From NCBI GenBank assembly GCA_034661055.1, contig JAYEKO010000014.1, positions 1-24,216 on the forward strand: a stretch of DNA of 24,216 nucleotides, written 5' to 3'. This DNA comes from Campylobacterota bacterium. GTDB lineage: Bacteria; Campylobacterota; Campylobacteria; Campylobacterales; Sulfurimonadaceae. The translations under genes were made by a program, and so were the position numbers. Position 1 is the first letter of the stretch. Every line of letters begins with the position of its first letter. Below are positions 1 through 9,549 of this stretch, in pieces. Under the pieces are notes generated by a model. It was not told the origin of the DNA and did no database searches. It saw only the letters and a list, made by a program, of their open reading frames with translations.

Positions 1-1790
1 ATCTGACGCACACGTTCACGAGTAACACTGAGCTCTTTACCAATCTCTTCAAGTGTTCTATCACTCTCATCGTCCATGATTCCAAAGCGCATCTTAATAA
101 CAGCTTGTTCTCTGTCATTTAACTGTTCTAAAACACCTTCAATTTGACCTTTAAGATCATCTTTTAGTACAGCATCAGAAGGAGAAAGAGATGCTTTATC
201 TTCAATAAAGTCACCAAAACGTCCATCTTCTTCATTGCCAATAGGAGCTTCAAGTGAGATTGGTTCTTTTGTAATTTTAATAACATTTTTAACTTTCTCA
301 ACCGAAAGTCCTACCTCTACTGCAATTGTATCAACATCAGGTTCTTTACCATGCTCTTGAAGGTATTTGCGCATAATTTTGTTAATACGGTTAATAGTCT
401 CAATCATATGAATAGGAATACGAATAGTACGTGCCTGATCAGCAATTGCGCGTGAGATTGCTTGACGAATCCACCATGTTGCATAGGTTGAAAATTTATA
501 GCCTTTTTTGTATTCAAACTTGTCAACTGCTTTCATTAGACCTATATTACCCTCTTGAATCAGGTCAAGGAACGGTAATCCGCGATTAGTGTAGCGTTTT
601 GCAATAGATACAACAAGGCGCAGGTTACTTTTTGCCATCTTTGTCTTAGATATTTCAGAGATGTTTTTACCACGCTTTATCTGCTCTAAAATCTCAGTAA
701 GCTTCTCAGGATCCATGTCAAAGCTTCCTTTAGAAGCCTCTTTAGTCTGAATTAACTTTTTAATTTCCATATATGTACTGACCATTGTAGCCTCAGGCAC
801 ACGTCCTGAAATATCTTCTTTGTTGAGTGTACAGATATTTTCAAGAATCTTATTGTGATTGGAACGTAACTGCTCATTAAATAGAGGCAGTTTATATTCA
901 AGTCGTTTTAACTCTTTGTCAAAACCTTCATCACTTTTAAGTACCGTCTCCATAGATCGCACAAGCTCATTAATAAGTTTTGAAGTAGGTCCTAAATCTA
1001 AAAGCTTCTCTTTTAAAACAGCTTTTTTGAAACTTACCGTTAAGAAATAGTGAACAATCTCATCGGTTAATTCATCAGGTTGTGCATCTATATCTAATTT
1101 GTCAGCACTTTTTAACCAATCTTTTTTTGCCTTTTCAAGTGCCTTAAAGCTCTCTAAGACTTTCTCTACACGTTTTTTATCTTTAGCAGTAAGTGTTTTT
1201 TCTGCACTGTCTTCAGAAGCAGGGGCTTCATCAGTGTCACCATCTTCAGACTCTTTTTCATCATCTTCAAAACTTTTAAAAAGCTCTTTTACACGACGTT
1301 CACGATTGATAAGTGGATCACGATAATCTAAAATAAACTTAATTAAGTAGGGAACAGAACAGATAGCATCAATAATAATACTTTCGCCATTTTCAATTTT
1401 TTTCGAGATTTCAATCTCTTCTTCTTTTGTTAAAAGTGGAATCTGACCCATCTCTCTTAAGTACATACGAACTGGAGAGTCTGAACGTGACCACTCTAAA
1501 AGTTCATGTTTTTTAAGAATATCAAAATCTTCACCATCAGTATCTTCTAGCATTTTACGCTGTGCTTCACGACGCTGATTGGCCTCTTTTTCATTAAGAA
1601 ACTTTGCATGTTCCGATGAAGTATAGAGACATTTTTTATGCTTAGTGGCAAGTTTTAAAATATTTTTTGCTTGAGCAGCAGTCGGCTGTTTAAGAAAAAT
1701 CGCAGATAGAGACTCATATGTAATACATGCATCTTCTTTATGCTCAATGAAAGTTGTTTCTAATAAATTATTTATTTCTTTAGCTGTCAT
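1..1790 (-). CDS. rpoD: RNA polymerase primary sigma factor RpoD (sigma70), 3' end runs off the window
   Basis: Not in the ORF track. Manual translation from ATG at 1790 ([11 protein letters not shown]...) gives [13 protein letters not shown] (region 1.2), [37 protein letters not shown] and [13 protein letters not shown] (region 2), [19 protein letters not shown] (region 4). AAGGAG upstream. Confidence 0.97.
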   Translation of the reverse strand, partial: MTAKEINNLLETTFIEHKEDACITYESLSAIFLKQPTAAQAKNILKLATKHKKCLYTSSEHAKFLNEKEANQRREAQRKMLEDTDGEDFDILKKHELLEWSRSDSPVRMYLREMGQIPLLTKEEEIEISKKIENGESIIIDAICSVPYLIKFILDYRDPLINRERRVKELFKSFEDDEKESEDGDTDEAPASEDSAEKTLTAKDKKRVEKVLESFKALEKAKKDWLKSADKLDIDAQPDELTDEIVHYFLTVSFKKAVLKEKLLDLGPTSKLINELVRSMETVLKSDEGFDKELKRLEYKLPLFNEQLRSNHNKILENICTLNKEDISGRVPEATMVSTYMEIKKLIQTKEASKGSFDMDPEKLTEILEQIKRGKNISEISKTKMAKSNLRLVVSIAKRYTNRGLPFLDLIQEGNIGLMKAVDKFEYKKGYKFSTYATWWIRQAISRAIADQARTIRIPIHMIETINRINKIMRKYLQEHGKEPDVDTIAVEVGLSVEKVKNVIKITKEPISLEAPIGNEEDGRFGDFIEDKASLSPSDAVLKDDLKGQIEGVLEQLNDREQAVIKMRFGIMDDESDRTLEEIGKELSVTRERVRQ

Positions 1791-1838
1791 ATTTTAAGAG
1801 AGCTCCTTAGTGTTTTAAGGTGTGTATTTTAAGTGTGG

Positions 1839-1844
1839 ATTATA
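1839..1844 (-). promoter_or_regulatory. Putative sigma70 -10 box for rpoD
   Basis: TATAAT on the minus strand about 50 nt upstream of the start, with AT-rich upstream sequence as in Campylobacterota promoters. Confidence 0.55.
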
Positions 1845-1899
1845 CCCAGTTATTACTTAAATATCTTTTATGCTGCCAAAAGAAGTTGCAAATTACAAG

Positions 1900-1917
1900 T
1901 TGGAACACTCATTGCTT
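1900..1917 (+). promoter_or_regulatory. Sigma54 (RpoN) -24/-12 promoter of flgF-flgG
   Basis: TTGGAACACTCATTGCTT: GG (1902-1903) N10 GC (1914-1915), matching the Campylobacterota TTGGAAC-N5-TTGCTT consensus, directly upstream of rod genes. Confidence 0.88.
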
Positions 1918-1949
1918 AAGTTAGTTAAATTCTTAATGACGGAGTAATA

Positions 1950-2774
1950 ATGCAGACGGGTTATTATGCAGCAGCAGGTGGTATGGTCGCACAGTTCAAC
2001 CGACTTGATACCATCGCAAACAATCTTGCCAATGTCAATACAGCCGGATTTAAAAAAGAGTCTTTAATTACGGGTGATTTTGCAAGACTCTACAAACAAG
2101 CCAGAGAAGAGTTGCCGGTTCAAAACAACACATCTGAGGCAGCTTCTTATATTAATAGAGCTATGACAAAGGTTCCACATGTTGTAGATGCCTATACTGA
2201 TCATTCATTAGGCTCGCTACAAAAAACAGATAATACATTAGATGTAGCGCTTTCACGTGAAGGGCTATTTTTTGCAGTTGAGACTCCAGATGGTATTCGA
2301 TTGACGCGCGACGGATCATTTTCACTTAATGAAGATGGTGTTCTTGTAACAAAGCATGGCTATACGGTACTTAGCAGTGACTATCAAAACTCTGATGCTG
2401 AAATTCAATTTAACACAGAAGATAGTCTTATAGAACTCGATAAAAATGGACAATTTTACAACTCTGTACCCGGTTCTGCACAGCTGATTCAAGGCAGTAA
2501 ACTTTTAGTAGTGCAGCCTGAGAATATTAATTATCTCAAAAAAGAGGGTGACGGACTCTACATTCCCGACAGTGCTGATGCACTTGAAAACATTGCAGAA
2601 ACTGGTGCAGTTTTACAGGGTTTTATAGAAAAAAGCAACGTCAATCCTATGAATGAAATGATTGCAATGATTGAAGCTAATCGACTTGTGGGAATGTATC
2701 AAAAAGCGATGGATACACAGATGAATGATATGAATCGTGATGCAATTGAAAAACTTGCATCAACACGACAATAA
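1950..2774 (+). CDS. flgF: Flagellar basal-body rod protein FlgF (flgG2-type)
   Basis: N-terminal IANNLANVNTAGFK, TRDGSF, C-terminal GFIEKSNVN; precedes flgG; GGAG RBS. Confidence 0.88.
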   Translation: MQTGYYAAAGGMVAQFNRLDTIANNLANVNTAGFKKESLITGDFARLYKQAREELPVQNNTSEAASYINRAMTKVPHVVDAYTDHSLGSLQKTDNTLDVALSREGLFFAVETPDGIRLTRDGSFSLNEDGVLVTKHGYTVLSSDYQNSDAEIQFNTEDSLIELDKNGQFYNSVPGSAQLIQGSKLLVVQPENINYLKKEGDGLYIPDSADALENIAETGAVLQGFIEKSNVNPMNEMIAMIEANRLVGMYQKAMDTQMNDMNRDAIEKLASTRQ

Positions 2775-2785
2775 AGGATTAAATT

Positions 2786-3574
2786 ATGATGCAGTCACTC
2801 TATACTAGTTCTACGGGAATGATGGGGATGCAGACCCAAATTGACACAACCGCCAATAATATAGCCAATGTCAATACAATTGGTTTTAAGAAGTCACGTG
2901 CTGAGTTTGCTGACTTAATGTACCGTGTTATGGAATATGCAGGAACATCAACAAGTGATACTACAAAGTCACCTACAGGTATTGAGGTAGGTCTTGGTGT
3001 TCGACCCACTGCCATCAATAAGATTTTTTCTGAGGGGTCTCTTAAAGAGACTAACAATAATCTAGATATGGCAATCATCGGTAATGGTTTCTTTAAACTT
3101 GAACTACCTGACGGCACAGAGGTCTTTAGTAAAAACGGGGCATTTAAACGTGATGAAAATGGAGCCATGGTTAATAGCGATGGATATAAATTAATTCCTG
3201 AAATTGTTATTCCTGAAGATGCTACGGACATTTCCATTGGAACGGATGGAATTGTAACTGTTATTCAGCCAGGTCAGGCGCAGGCTACGCAAATAGGACA
3301 GGTTAATTTAACCAATTTTATTAATCCTGCCGGCCTACATGGTATGGGAGACAATCTTTTCATGGAGACTGATAGCTCAGGTCAACCAGTTGACGGCACA
3401 CCAGGAGTTGATGGGCTAGGATCTATTCGTCAGGGATTTGTAGAGCTAAGCAATGTGCAACTTGTTGTTGAATTAACGGATTTAATTACAGGACAACGTG
3501 CATATGATGCTAACTCAAAAGTTATTACTACTAGTGATGAGATGCTGCAAACAACCAATAGTCTTAAGCGATAA
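2786..3574 (+). CDS. flgG: Flagellar distal rod protein FlgG
   Basis: ANNIANVNTIGFKKSRAEFADLMY, GIEVGLGVR, QGFVELSNVQLVVELTDLITGQRAYDANSK; 262 aa. Confidence 0.96.
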   Translation: MMQSLYTSSTGMMGMQTQIDTTANNIANVNTIGFKKSRAEFADLMYRVMEYAGTSTSDTTKSPTGIEVGLGVRPTAINKIFSEGSLKETNNNLDMAIIGNGFFKLELPDGTEVFSKNGAFKRDENGAMVNSDGYKLIPEIVIPEDATDISIGTDGIVTVIQPGQAQATQIGQVNLTNFINPAGLHGMGDNLFMETDSSGQPVDGTPGVDGLGSIRQGFVELSNVQLVVELTDLITGQRAYDANSKVITTSDEMLQTTNSLKR

Positions 3575-3582
3575 TTAGCTAA

Positions 3583-3616
3583 AGATGTATTAATATGACT
3601 TAATATTAATACATCT
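3583..3616 (+). terminator. Perfect 14-bp inverted repeat after flgG, probable terminator
   Basis: AGATGTATTAATAT-gactta-ATATTAATACATCT, 8 nt after the flgG stop; AT-rich stem, no clean U-tract. Confidence 0.55.
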
Positions 3617-3718
3617 AATTTAAATTTACATGTAATTTCAAACTCCCTCTACTAAGTGTCTTTAAGAATTTTAAGAATCTAATTGACATACTTCAGACTC
3701 TTTATGGCTCAACTTGGA

Positions 3719-3724
3719 TATAAT
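3719..3724 (+). promoter_or_regulatory. Putative sigma70 -10 box for the leuD-leuB operon
   Basis: ggaTATAAT 25 nt upstream of the leuD start; periodic TTTAAG tracts upstream (3661-3676). Confidence 0.55.
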
Positions 3725-3749
3725 CACGAAAATTATTGTAGGATAATCT

Positions 3750-4244
3750 ATGCAAAACTTAGAAGGTAAAGTCTGGAATTTCGGTAAAGATATTGATACT
3801 GATCTTATTATTGCAGCACGATACTTAAACACTTCAGTTCCTGAGGAACTTGCTAAACATGTTATGGAAGATGCAGACCCCGAGTTTGTAAATAAGATGA
3901 GTGCAGGCGATATTATTGTCGCTGGTGAAAACTTTGGATGTGGTTCATCAAGAGAACATGCTCCAATAGCACTTAAAGCCGCAGGCGTCTCTGCTATTAT
4001 TGCCCCGACTTTTGCACGTATTTTTTATAGAAATGCTTTCAATATGGGACTCCCGATTTTTGAACTACCGCAAAGCTCTGAAATTAAAGAGGGTGATGTG
4101 GTTAGAGTAGATATGGATGCTGGAACGGTAACCAACAAAACAAATGGTAAAGTATATAACTTTACACCAATCCCAGAATTTATGCAGAAACTTTTAAATG
4201 CAGGTGGTTTAATGAACTTCGCAAAAGATGAAATTGCCTCATAA
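3750..4244 (+). CDS. leuD: 3-isopropylmalate dehydratase small subunit (short type-2 LeuD)
   Basis: [42 protein letters not shown]; adjacent to leuB. Confidence 0.93.
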   Translation: MQNLEGKVWNFGKDIDTDLIIAARYLNTSVPEELAKHVMEDADPEFVNKMSAGDIIVAGENFGCGSSREHAPIALKAAGVSAIIAPTFARIFYRNAFNMGLPIFELPQSSEIKEGDVVRVDMDAGTVTNKTNGKVYNFTPIPEFMQKLLNAGGLMNFAKDEIAS

Positions 4245-4252
4245 GGAAAATA

Positions 4253-5326
4253 ATGAAAAAATATAAAATTTGTTTAATCAAGGGCGATGGTATTGGCCCT
4301 GAGATCATTGATGAAGCGGTAAAAGTACTTGATGCAGTAGCGTCATGTGAAGATTTTGATTTTACATATGAAGAGTCGCTTATGGGCGGATCTGCTTACG
4401 ACATTACGGGCGATCCGCTTCCAAGTGAGACCGTGAGTACTGCCATGAGTAGCGATGCAGTACTTTTTGGTGCTATTGGTGGTGAAAAGTGGGATGAACT
4501 TCCACGTGAAAAGCGTCCTGAAAGTGGACTGCTACGTTTTCGTAAAGAGCTTGGTGTTTTTGCAAACTTACGCCCAGCAGTTGTTTATGATGAACTTATT
4601 AATGCAAGCTCTCTTAAGCCTGAGGTCATTAAAGGTGTTGACTTAATGGTTGTCCGTGAACTTATTGGTGGTATCTATTTTGGTGAGCCTAAAGGTCGTG
4701 ACGGTGACAAGGCATACAATACTATGGTCTATAGCCGTGATGAGATTGTACGTATTGCCCATGTTGCATTTAAAATAGCAATGGAACGTGATAAGCGCGT
4801 CTGCTCTATTGATAAAGCCAATGTACTTGATGTTTCTCAACTATGGCGTGAAGTTGTTGAAGAGGTTGCAACACAATATCCAGAAGTGACACTCAGCCAT
4901 ATGTATGTTGATAACGCTGCAATGCAGCTTATTCGCGATCCAAAACAGTTTGATGTTATGCTTACTGGAAATATTTTTGGTGATATATTAAGCGATGAAG
5001 CTAGTATGCTTTCAGGTTCAATTGGTCTGCTTCCATCAGCTTCAGTAGGAAGTAAGATTGGCGTTTATGAGCCAATTCATGGCTCAGCCCCAGATATTGC
5101 AGGACAAGGTATTGCTAACCCAATTGCTACTATCTCAAGTGCCTCAATGATGCTTCGTTATGCACTAGGAGAAAATGATGCTGCAGATAGAATTGATACA
5201 GCAATTAAGCAGGTCCTTTCTGAGGGCTACAGAACTAAAGATTTAGCACAGTTTGATGCTAAAGAGATCTGTTCAACTTCAGAGATGGGTTCTATTATTG
5301 CAAACTATGCTGTAAAGTGCAAGTAG
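4253..5326 (+). CDS. leuB: 3-isopropylmalate dehydrogenase
   Basis: [58 protein letters not shown]. Confidence 0.97.
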   Translation: MKKYKICLIKGDGIGPEIIDEAVKVLDAVASCEDFDFTYEESLMGGSAYDITGDPLPSETVSTAMSSDAVLFGAIGGEKWDELPREKRPESGLLRFRKELGVFANLRPAVVYDELINASSLKPEVIKGVDLMVVRELIGGIYFGEPKGRDGDKAYNTMVYSRDEIVRIAHVAFKIAMERDKRVCSIDKANVLDVSQLWREVVEEVATQYPEVTLSHMYVDNAAMQLIRDPKQFDVMLTGNIFGDILSDEASMLSGSIGLLPSASVGSKIGVYEPIHGSAPDIAGQGIANPIATISSASMMLRYALGENDAADRIDTAIKQVLSEGYRTKDLAQFDAKEICSTSEMGSIIANYAVKCK

Positions 5327-5330
5327 AACA

Positions 5331-5579
5331 GTGCAAACATTAACACTTGCAAATATCTATGAGCTGCAAGGTCTAAAAGATGAAGCTCTCGATATTTACA
5401 AGGATGTTCTAAAAAAAGATCCTAATAACGCAGAGGCTAAAATTGCAATTCGTCGACTCTCAGGAATACGACGTAAGTTTTTAGGTGTCAATAAAGAGAT
5501 GAAAGAGTTTTTCGTCACAATGGATGAGAGTGTTGAATATAATGAGTTTGAGAGGTGGCTACTAAAATTATGGAACTAA
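5331..5579 (+). CDS. Small TPR-like hypothetical protein
   Basis: TLANIYELQGLKDEALDIYKDVLKKDPNNAEA is a TPR-like helix pair; GTG start 4 nt after leuB. Confidence 0.75.
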   Translation: MQTLTLANIYELQGLKDEALDIYKDVLKKDPNNAEAKIAIRRLSGIRRKFLGVNKEMKEFFVTMDESVEYNEFERWLLKLWN

Positions 5580-5899
5580 AAGATGTAATACTTTCTACTC
5601 TTGCAGAGATGGATAATAATACCAATACCCAAACTGATACAAAAGTTACATCACAAGAAGAGATAGAGGAGACTCCTCAAAAACAGGAGTCTGTACTTCA
5701 AGATGATGTAGCAAGTGAGCACAGTGAACAGTTGTGGCTAGAGAGTGTTAGAGAGCGTCTTTTAGTACTATTTGAAGGCTTCCAGTCTCCTAACAATGTA
5801 CAAATAGAAGCCAAAGTTGATTTAACATTAAACTTTTTAGAGTACTTGCTAGCAAATATTGATACACGAATTGAGCATATTAAAGGTAAAGTTGAGTAA
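5570..5899 (+). CDS. CiaD-like conserved hypothetical protein
   Basis: MELKDVILSTLAEM N-terminus and RERLLVLFEGFQSP...EAKVDLTLNFLEYLLA C-terminus resemble Campylobacter Cj0788/CiaD-like proteins (recognised from memory). ATG at 5570 preferred over GTG at 5555. Confidence 0.65.
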   Translation: MELKDVILSTLAEMDNNTNTQTDTKVTSQEEIEETPQKQESVLQDDVASEHSEQLWLESVRERLLVLFEGFQSPNNVQIEAKVDLTLNFLEYLLANIDTRIEHIKGKVE

Positions 5900-6735
5900 T
5901 GCAGACCTATAGAATTTTAATTGATGCCCATGATGAAAAAGGGCTAGTTTACAAGATATCAAGTATCTTTTTTAAATACAATCTTAATATTCTCTCCAAT
6001 AATGAATTTGTAGACAATGTTAATAATAAGTTCTTTATGAGAAGCGTTGTTGCAGGAGAAATTAAAGAAGAGATACTCAAGAGTGAGCTACAAGAGATTC
6101 TTCCTAGTGATGCTACTATTAAAATAATTTTACCTAAAAAGAAAAATATTATCTTGATGGCAACCAAGGAGTCCCATGCTCTTGGAGATATTCTGGTGCG
6201 ATTTCATGATGGTGAGCTCGATGCAAATATCTTAGCTGTAGTCTCTAACTACGATACACTTCAATCTCTTGTACAAAAATTTGACATTCCTTTCTTTCAT
6301 GTTTCACATGTAGATTTAAGTCGTGCGGAGCATGAAAAAAAGGTGCTAGGTACATTAGCTAAATTTGAAGATGTTGACTATATTGTACTAGCGAAATATA
6401 TGCGTATTTTAACCCCTAAGTTTGTAGAGACTTACAACAATAAAATCATTAATATCCACCACTCTTTTCTACCTGCATTTATTGGTGCCAACCCTTATAA
6501 ACAGGCTTATGAACGAGGTGTTAAAATTATTGGAGCCACTGCTCATTTTGTCAATAATAACCTTGATGAAGGTCCAATTATATTTCAAGATGTTATACAT
6601 GTAGATCACGCTTATAGCTGGAAAGAGATGCAAAGAAGCGGACGTGATGTTGAAAAAATTGTTCTCTCACGAGCACTAAAACTTGCCTTAGAAGATCGAA
6701 TTTTTGTTTATGCTAATAAAACGGTAGTCTTTTAG
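5899..6735 (+). CDS. purU: Formyltetrahydrofolate deformylase
   Basis: N-terminal ACT domain (DEKGLV...FFMR), VLAKYMRIL, INIHHSFLPAFIGANPYKQAYERGVKIIGATAHFV, LDEGPII. Confidence 0.97.
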   Translation: MQTYRILIDAHDEKGLVYKISSIFFKYNLNILSNNEFVDNVNNKFFMRSVVAGEIKEEILKSELQEILPSDATIKIILPKKKNIILMATKESHALGDILVRFHDGELDANILAVVSNYDTLQSLVQKFDIPFFHVSHVDLSRAEHEKKVLGTLAKFEDVDYIVLAKYMRILTPKFVETYNNKIINIHHSFLPAFIGANPYKQAYERGVKIIGATAHFVNNNLDEGPIIFQDVIHVDHAYSWKEMQRSGRDVEKIVLSRALKLALEDRIFVYANKTVVF

Positions 6736-7208
6736 TGTTTAACATTGTTCTGGTCCATCCACAAATTCCAAATAATACAGGAACCATTGGGCGTCTGTGT
6801 GTAAATACCGGCTCAACACTACACCTAATTGAACCCTTAGGTTTTGATATTGATGAAAAAGCAGTGCGTCGCGCAGGTCTTGATTACTGGAAATCTCTAG
6901 ATTTAAAAGTCTGGAAAAGTTTTAAAGAGTTTGCTGAGGCAAATCCACAACATGATCGCTTCTTTTTTGCTACCACCAAGGTCGATACTCCATACTTTGA
7001 AAAAGAGTTTGCTGAAGGCGATTTTATTATTTTAGGTAGTGAAACAGCCGGTATTCCCGAAGTAATTTTAAAAGAGAATGATGAACAGTGCATGACAATT
7101 CCAATGAGTAAAGAGGGAAGAAGTCTTAACTTAGCAATTAGTACGGGTGTAATTCTCTACGAAGCAATTAAACAAAATTTCAATGCTTATTCCAAGGAGA
7201 TTATGTGA
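6735..7208 (+). CDS. trmL: tRNA (cytidine/uridine-34 2'-O)-methyltransferase, SPOUT family
   Basis: PQIPNNTGTIGRLC, LHLIEPLGF, RRAGLDYW, GSETAGIP, RSLNLA. Confidence 0.93.
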   Translation: MFNIVLVHPQIPNNTGTIGRLCVNTGSTLHLIEPLGFDIDEKAVRRAGLDYWKSLDLKVWKSFKEFAEANPQHDRFFFATTKVDTPYFEKEFAEGDFIILGSETAGIPEVILKENDEQCMTIPMSKEGRSLNLAISTGVILYEAIKQNFNAYSKEIM

Positions 7209-7366
7209 ATCCAATTGTAGATACTATTGTTCTTATACTGTTTATACTTTTCATGATTTTTGTTTTTCACGGCTACCATCAGCAAAAATATAATCAGCGT
7301 GAAGAAGAGGCTCGAAAAGATAAAGAATCTCAAAAAGAGTCTAACAGCATAGAAAAAGAGTCCTAG
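7205..7366 (+). CDS. Small single-pass membrane protein (53 aa), not in the ORF track
   Basis: GTG overlaps the trmL stop (GTGA); AAGGAG at 7194-7199; MNPIVDTIVLILFILFMIFVFHGYHQQKYNQREEEARKDKESQKESNSIEKES. Confidence 0.7.
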   Translation: MNPIVDTIVLILFILFMIFVFHGYHQQKYNQREEEARKDKESQKESNSIEKES

Positions 7367-7372
7367 GCTCTC

Positions 7373-7456
7373 TTAAAGTATCTTTTCGGCCAGCACCTCT
7401 AGAGAATGCTCAAACATTTCAAATATGGTCTCAGCTTTTTTCATCATCACTTCCAT
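7373..7456 (-). CDS. Putative 27-aa peptide divergent from the S24 repressor
   Basis: MEVMMKKAETIFEMFEHSLEVLAEKIL*; TAAGGA RBS 7 nt before ATG; TAAAAT at 7488-7493 on the minus strand. Confidence 0.55.
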   Translation of the reverse strand: MEVMMKKAETIFEMFEHSLEVLAEKIL

Positions 7457-7601
7457 AACAGATTCCTTATGTAAAGATATTTGGAGTATTTTAAATTTTT
7501 TTAGACATTCTTTAAAAAAATATTGCAAATTGACATATTATTATGCAATAATCATTAAAATAAGTATTATTACCTTAAGAAAATAATTTGAGGAGACTGT
7601 A

Positions 7602-8261
7602 ATGAAGCTGTTCTTAGATATTGTAGAAGAGATTAAAGATATAATCTCTGTAGACTTTGGAGGGAAAAAAGTCTTTGACAAAGACGTGGCCGACCTGTTG
7701 GGTATTTCACAGATGAACTTTGCCACGATGAAAAAAAGAGATAAAATTCCATTTCAAGAACTTTTAGATTTTTGTGCAAAACGTTCTATTGCAATTAACT
7801 GGCTGCTTTATGGCCAGTCGCCAGAGAGTCTTATTGATGCAACCAATAAGTTTTTTATGGTACGCTATTTTAGTGATGTTAATGCTTCAGCTGGTGGAGG
7901 AGGAGCAACTGACAATGAAGGTTATGAGTCTTTAATGCTTTCAGATAGTTTTGTCTCTACTTTAGGAGGTGAGCGTGAACTTAAAAATATTGAAGCGATC
8001 AATGTTTCAGGTGATTCAATGGAGCCGACATTTAGCTATTACGATATTATATTTTTAAATCGCTCTAAAAAAGATATTAGTCGAGGTGGTATTTTTACCA
8101 TAAATACAGAACATGGCCTCTTCATTAAAAGAATTCAAAAAAGAATTGATGGAAAAATTGATATAATCTCAGACAATAAAGAGTATCCTATACAGACTGT
8201 ATTTCCTGAAGAAATTGAGGTAGTAGGGCGAATTGTAGGGAGATTTGGCGGTATTGATTGA
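7602..8261 (+). CDS. Phage CI/LexA-like repressor with N-terminal HTH and peptidase S24 domain
   Basis: HTH-like DVADLLGISQMNFATMKKR...INWLLYG; Ala97-Gly98 cleavage site (ASAGGG); catalytic Ser139 (GDSMEP) and Lys176 (FIKRI); GAGGAG RBS. Confidence 0.88.
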   Translation: MKLFLDIVEEIKDIISVDFGGKKVFDKDVADLLGISQMNFATMKKRDKIPFQELLDFCAKRSIAINWLLYGQSPESLIDATNKFFMVRYFSDVNASAGGGGATDNEGYESLMLSDSFVSTLGGERELKNIEAINVSGDSMEPTFSYYDIIFLNRSKKDISRGGIFTINTEHGLFIKRIQKRIDGKIDIISDNKEYPIQTVFPEEIEVVGRIVGRFGGID

Positions 8262-9547
8262 AAATTATAACTCTAGCTGTAACTCTACTTCTATTTTTTA
8301 GTGGATGTTCAAATAAGCACTCTTTAGTAGCTATTTATGACCTTGAACACTATCCACAAAATAGCAGCTATTACTCTAACAACATTAACTCCCGTACTGC
8401 ACTGTTACCTATACAGAAAAACTTTAAACAACACTACTTTAAACCCTGGAATATAAGTGAAGTACCTGCATCCAAATTAGAGGCCATGTGGGCACTTAAG
8501 CGTTATAAATATGGAAATGGTTATGGTGAAAATCTTCTCTTAATTGAACCTGAGTGGTTTAGTAAAATAGAAGAGCAGAGTAACTTTAGTCAGTTTGGTT
8601 CTAAAAACCTATATGCTATCTCTTTGCACTTTTCTCACCTAAGAGCATTTCCAACACACAAGCCACTTTTTAGTAATCCTAACGATGCTGGAGAAGGATT
8701 TCCATTTGACTATATGCAAAACTCAGGCGTACACTCCAATGAACCGATATTTGTTTCCCACTACTCAAAAGATGGCTCGTGGGTCTATGTGTTTACCTCC
8801 TATGCAAGCGGATGGCTTCGTAGCCGTGATATCGCTATTTTAAGTAGAGATGAGACTCTAAAATATCAAGAAAATGACTTTTTACATGTAAATCAAGAAT
8901 ATGTCCCCTTAAAAGACAGAAATAATACATTTATAACGTACGGTAGAGTGGGAATGCTATTGCCTTTGGTGAGTGAAAACAGTACCTATTACACTGTTTT
9001 AGCATATAGTAAAGGTAGAGGTTTAATTGAAGTGTCACTGCCGCATCATAGTGGTAGCAGTGAACCTTTAATGCTAAATAGTGAAAATCTTACTGGCATC
9101 ACCAATGAGCTTATGGGAAGAAAATATGGTTGGGGCGGCATGTATGAAGAACGTGACTGCTCTTCAACCCTTAGAGATATATACGCATCTTTTGGAATAT
9201 GGCTTCCGCGTAACTCATCTAAACAATCAGGTGTAGGACGGGTTATCTCCTTGGAGAATTTAAGTGATGATGATAAAGTTACACTAATAAAAAAAGAGGC
9301 TGTTCCTTTTGAGACAATACTTTATAGACGAGGGCATGTTCTCCTATATTTAGGTACTTACAGCAAAAATATAGTGGTATTTCACGATACATGGGGTATT
9401 CGTACCTTAAAAAGTGGAATTGAAGGAAGAAAAATTATTGGAAAGACTATTATTAGTACACTAAAACTGGGATCACAACTAAGCGACTACAGCCAAAAGT
9501 ACGAACATTTAAAAAATCTAAAAAGTATGAATATTATAACGCAGTAA
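8258..9547 (+). CDS. NlpC/P60 family peptidoglycan peptidase lipoprotein with SH3-like domains
   Basis: Lipobox FFSGC; YGWGG...RDCSS catalytic Cys, LPRNSSKQ, GHVLLYLG His; 4-nt overlap with the repressor gene. Confidence 0.88.
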   Translation: MKIITLAVTLLLFFSGCSNKHSLVAIYDLEHYPQNSSYYSNNINSRTALLPIQKNFKQHYFKPWNISEVPASKLEAMWALKRYKYGNGYGENLLLIEPEWFSKIEEQSNFSQFGSKNLYAISLHFSHLRAFPTHKPLFSNPNDAGEGFPFDYMQNSGVHSNEPIFVSHYSKDGSWVYVFTSYASGWLRSRDIAILSRDETLKYQENDFLHVNQEYVPLKDRNNTFITYGRVGMLLPLVSENSTYYTVLAYSKGRGLIEVSLPHHSGSSEPLMLNSENLTGITNELMGRKYGWGGMYEERDCSSTLRDIYASFGIWLPRNSSKQSGVGRVISLENLSDDDKVTLIKKEAVPFETILYRRGHVLLYLGTYSKNIVVFHDTWGIRTLKSGIEGRKIIGKTIISTLKLGSQLSDYSQKYEHLKNLKSMNIITQ

Positions 9548-9549
9548 TA

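Noticed and set aside
859..1326. Plus-strand ORFs 859-1050 and 1099-1326
   Set aside because: Antisense shadows of rpoD; Ser/Phe/Leu-rich composition mirrors its Glu/Lys codons.
3683..3724. TTGACA plus TATAAT as a canonical -35/-10 pair for leuD
   Set aside because: The spacing is 30 nt; only the -10 box is retained.
7373..9547. Prophage around the CI-like repressor
   Set aside because: No integrase, structural or replication genes and no att-like repeats; flanks are housekeeping.
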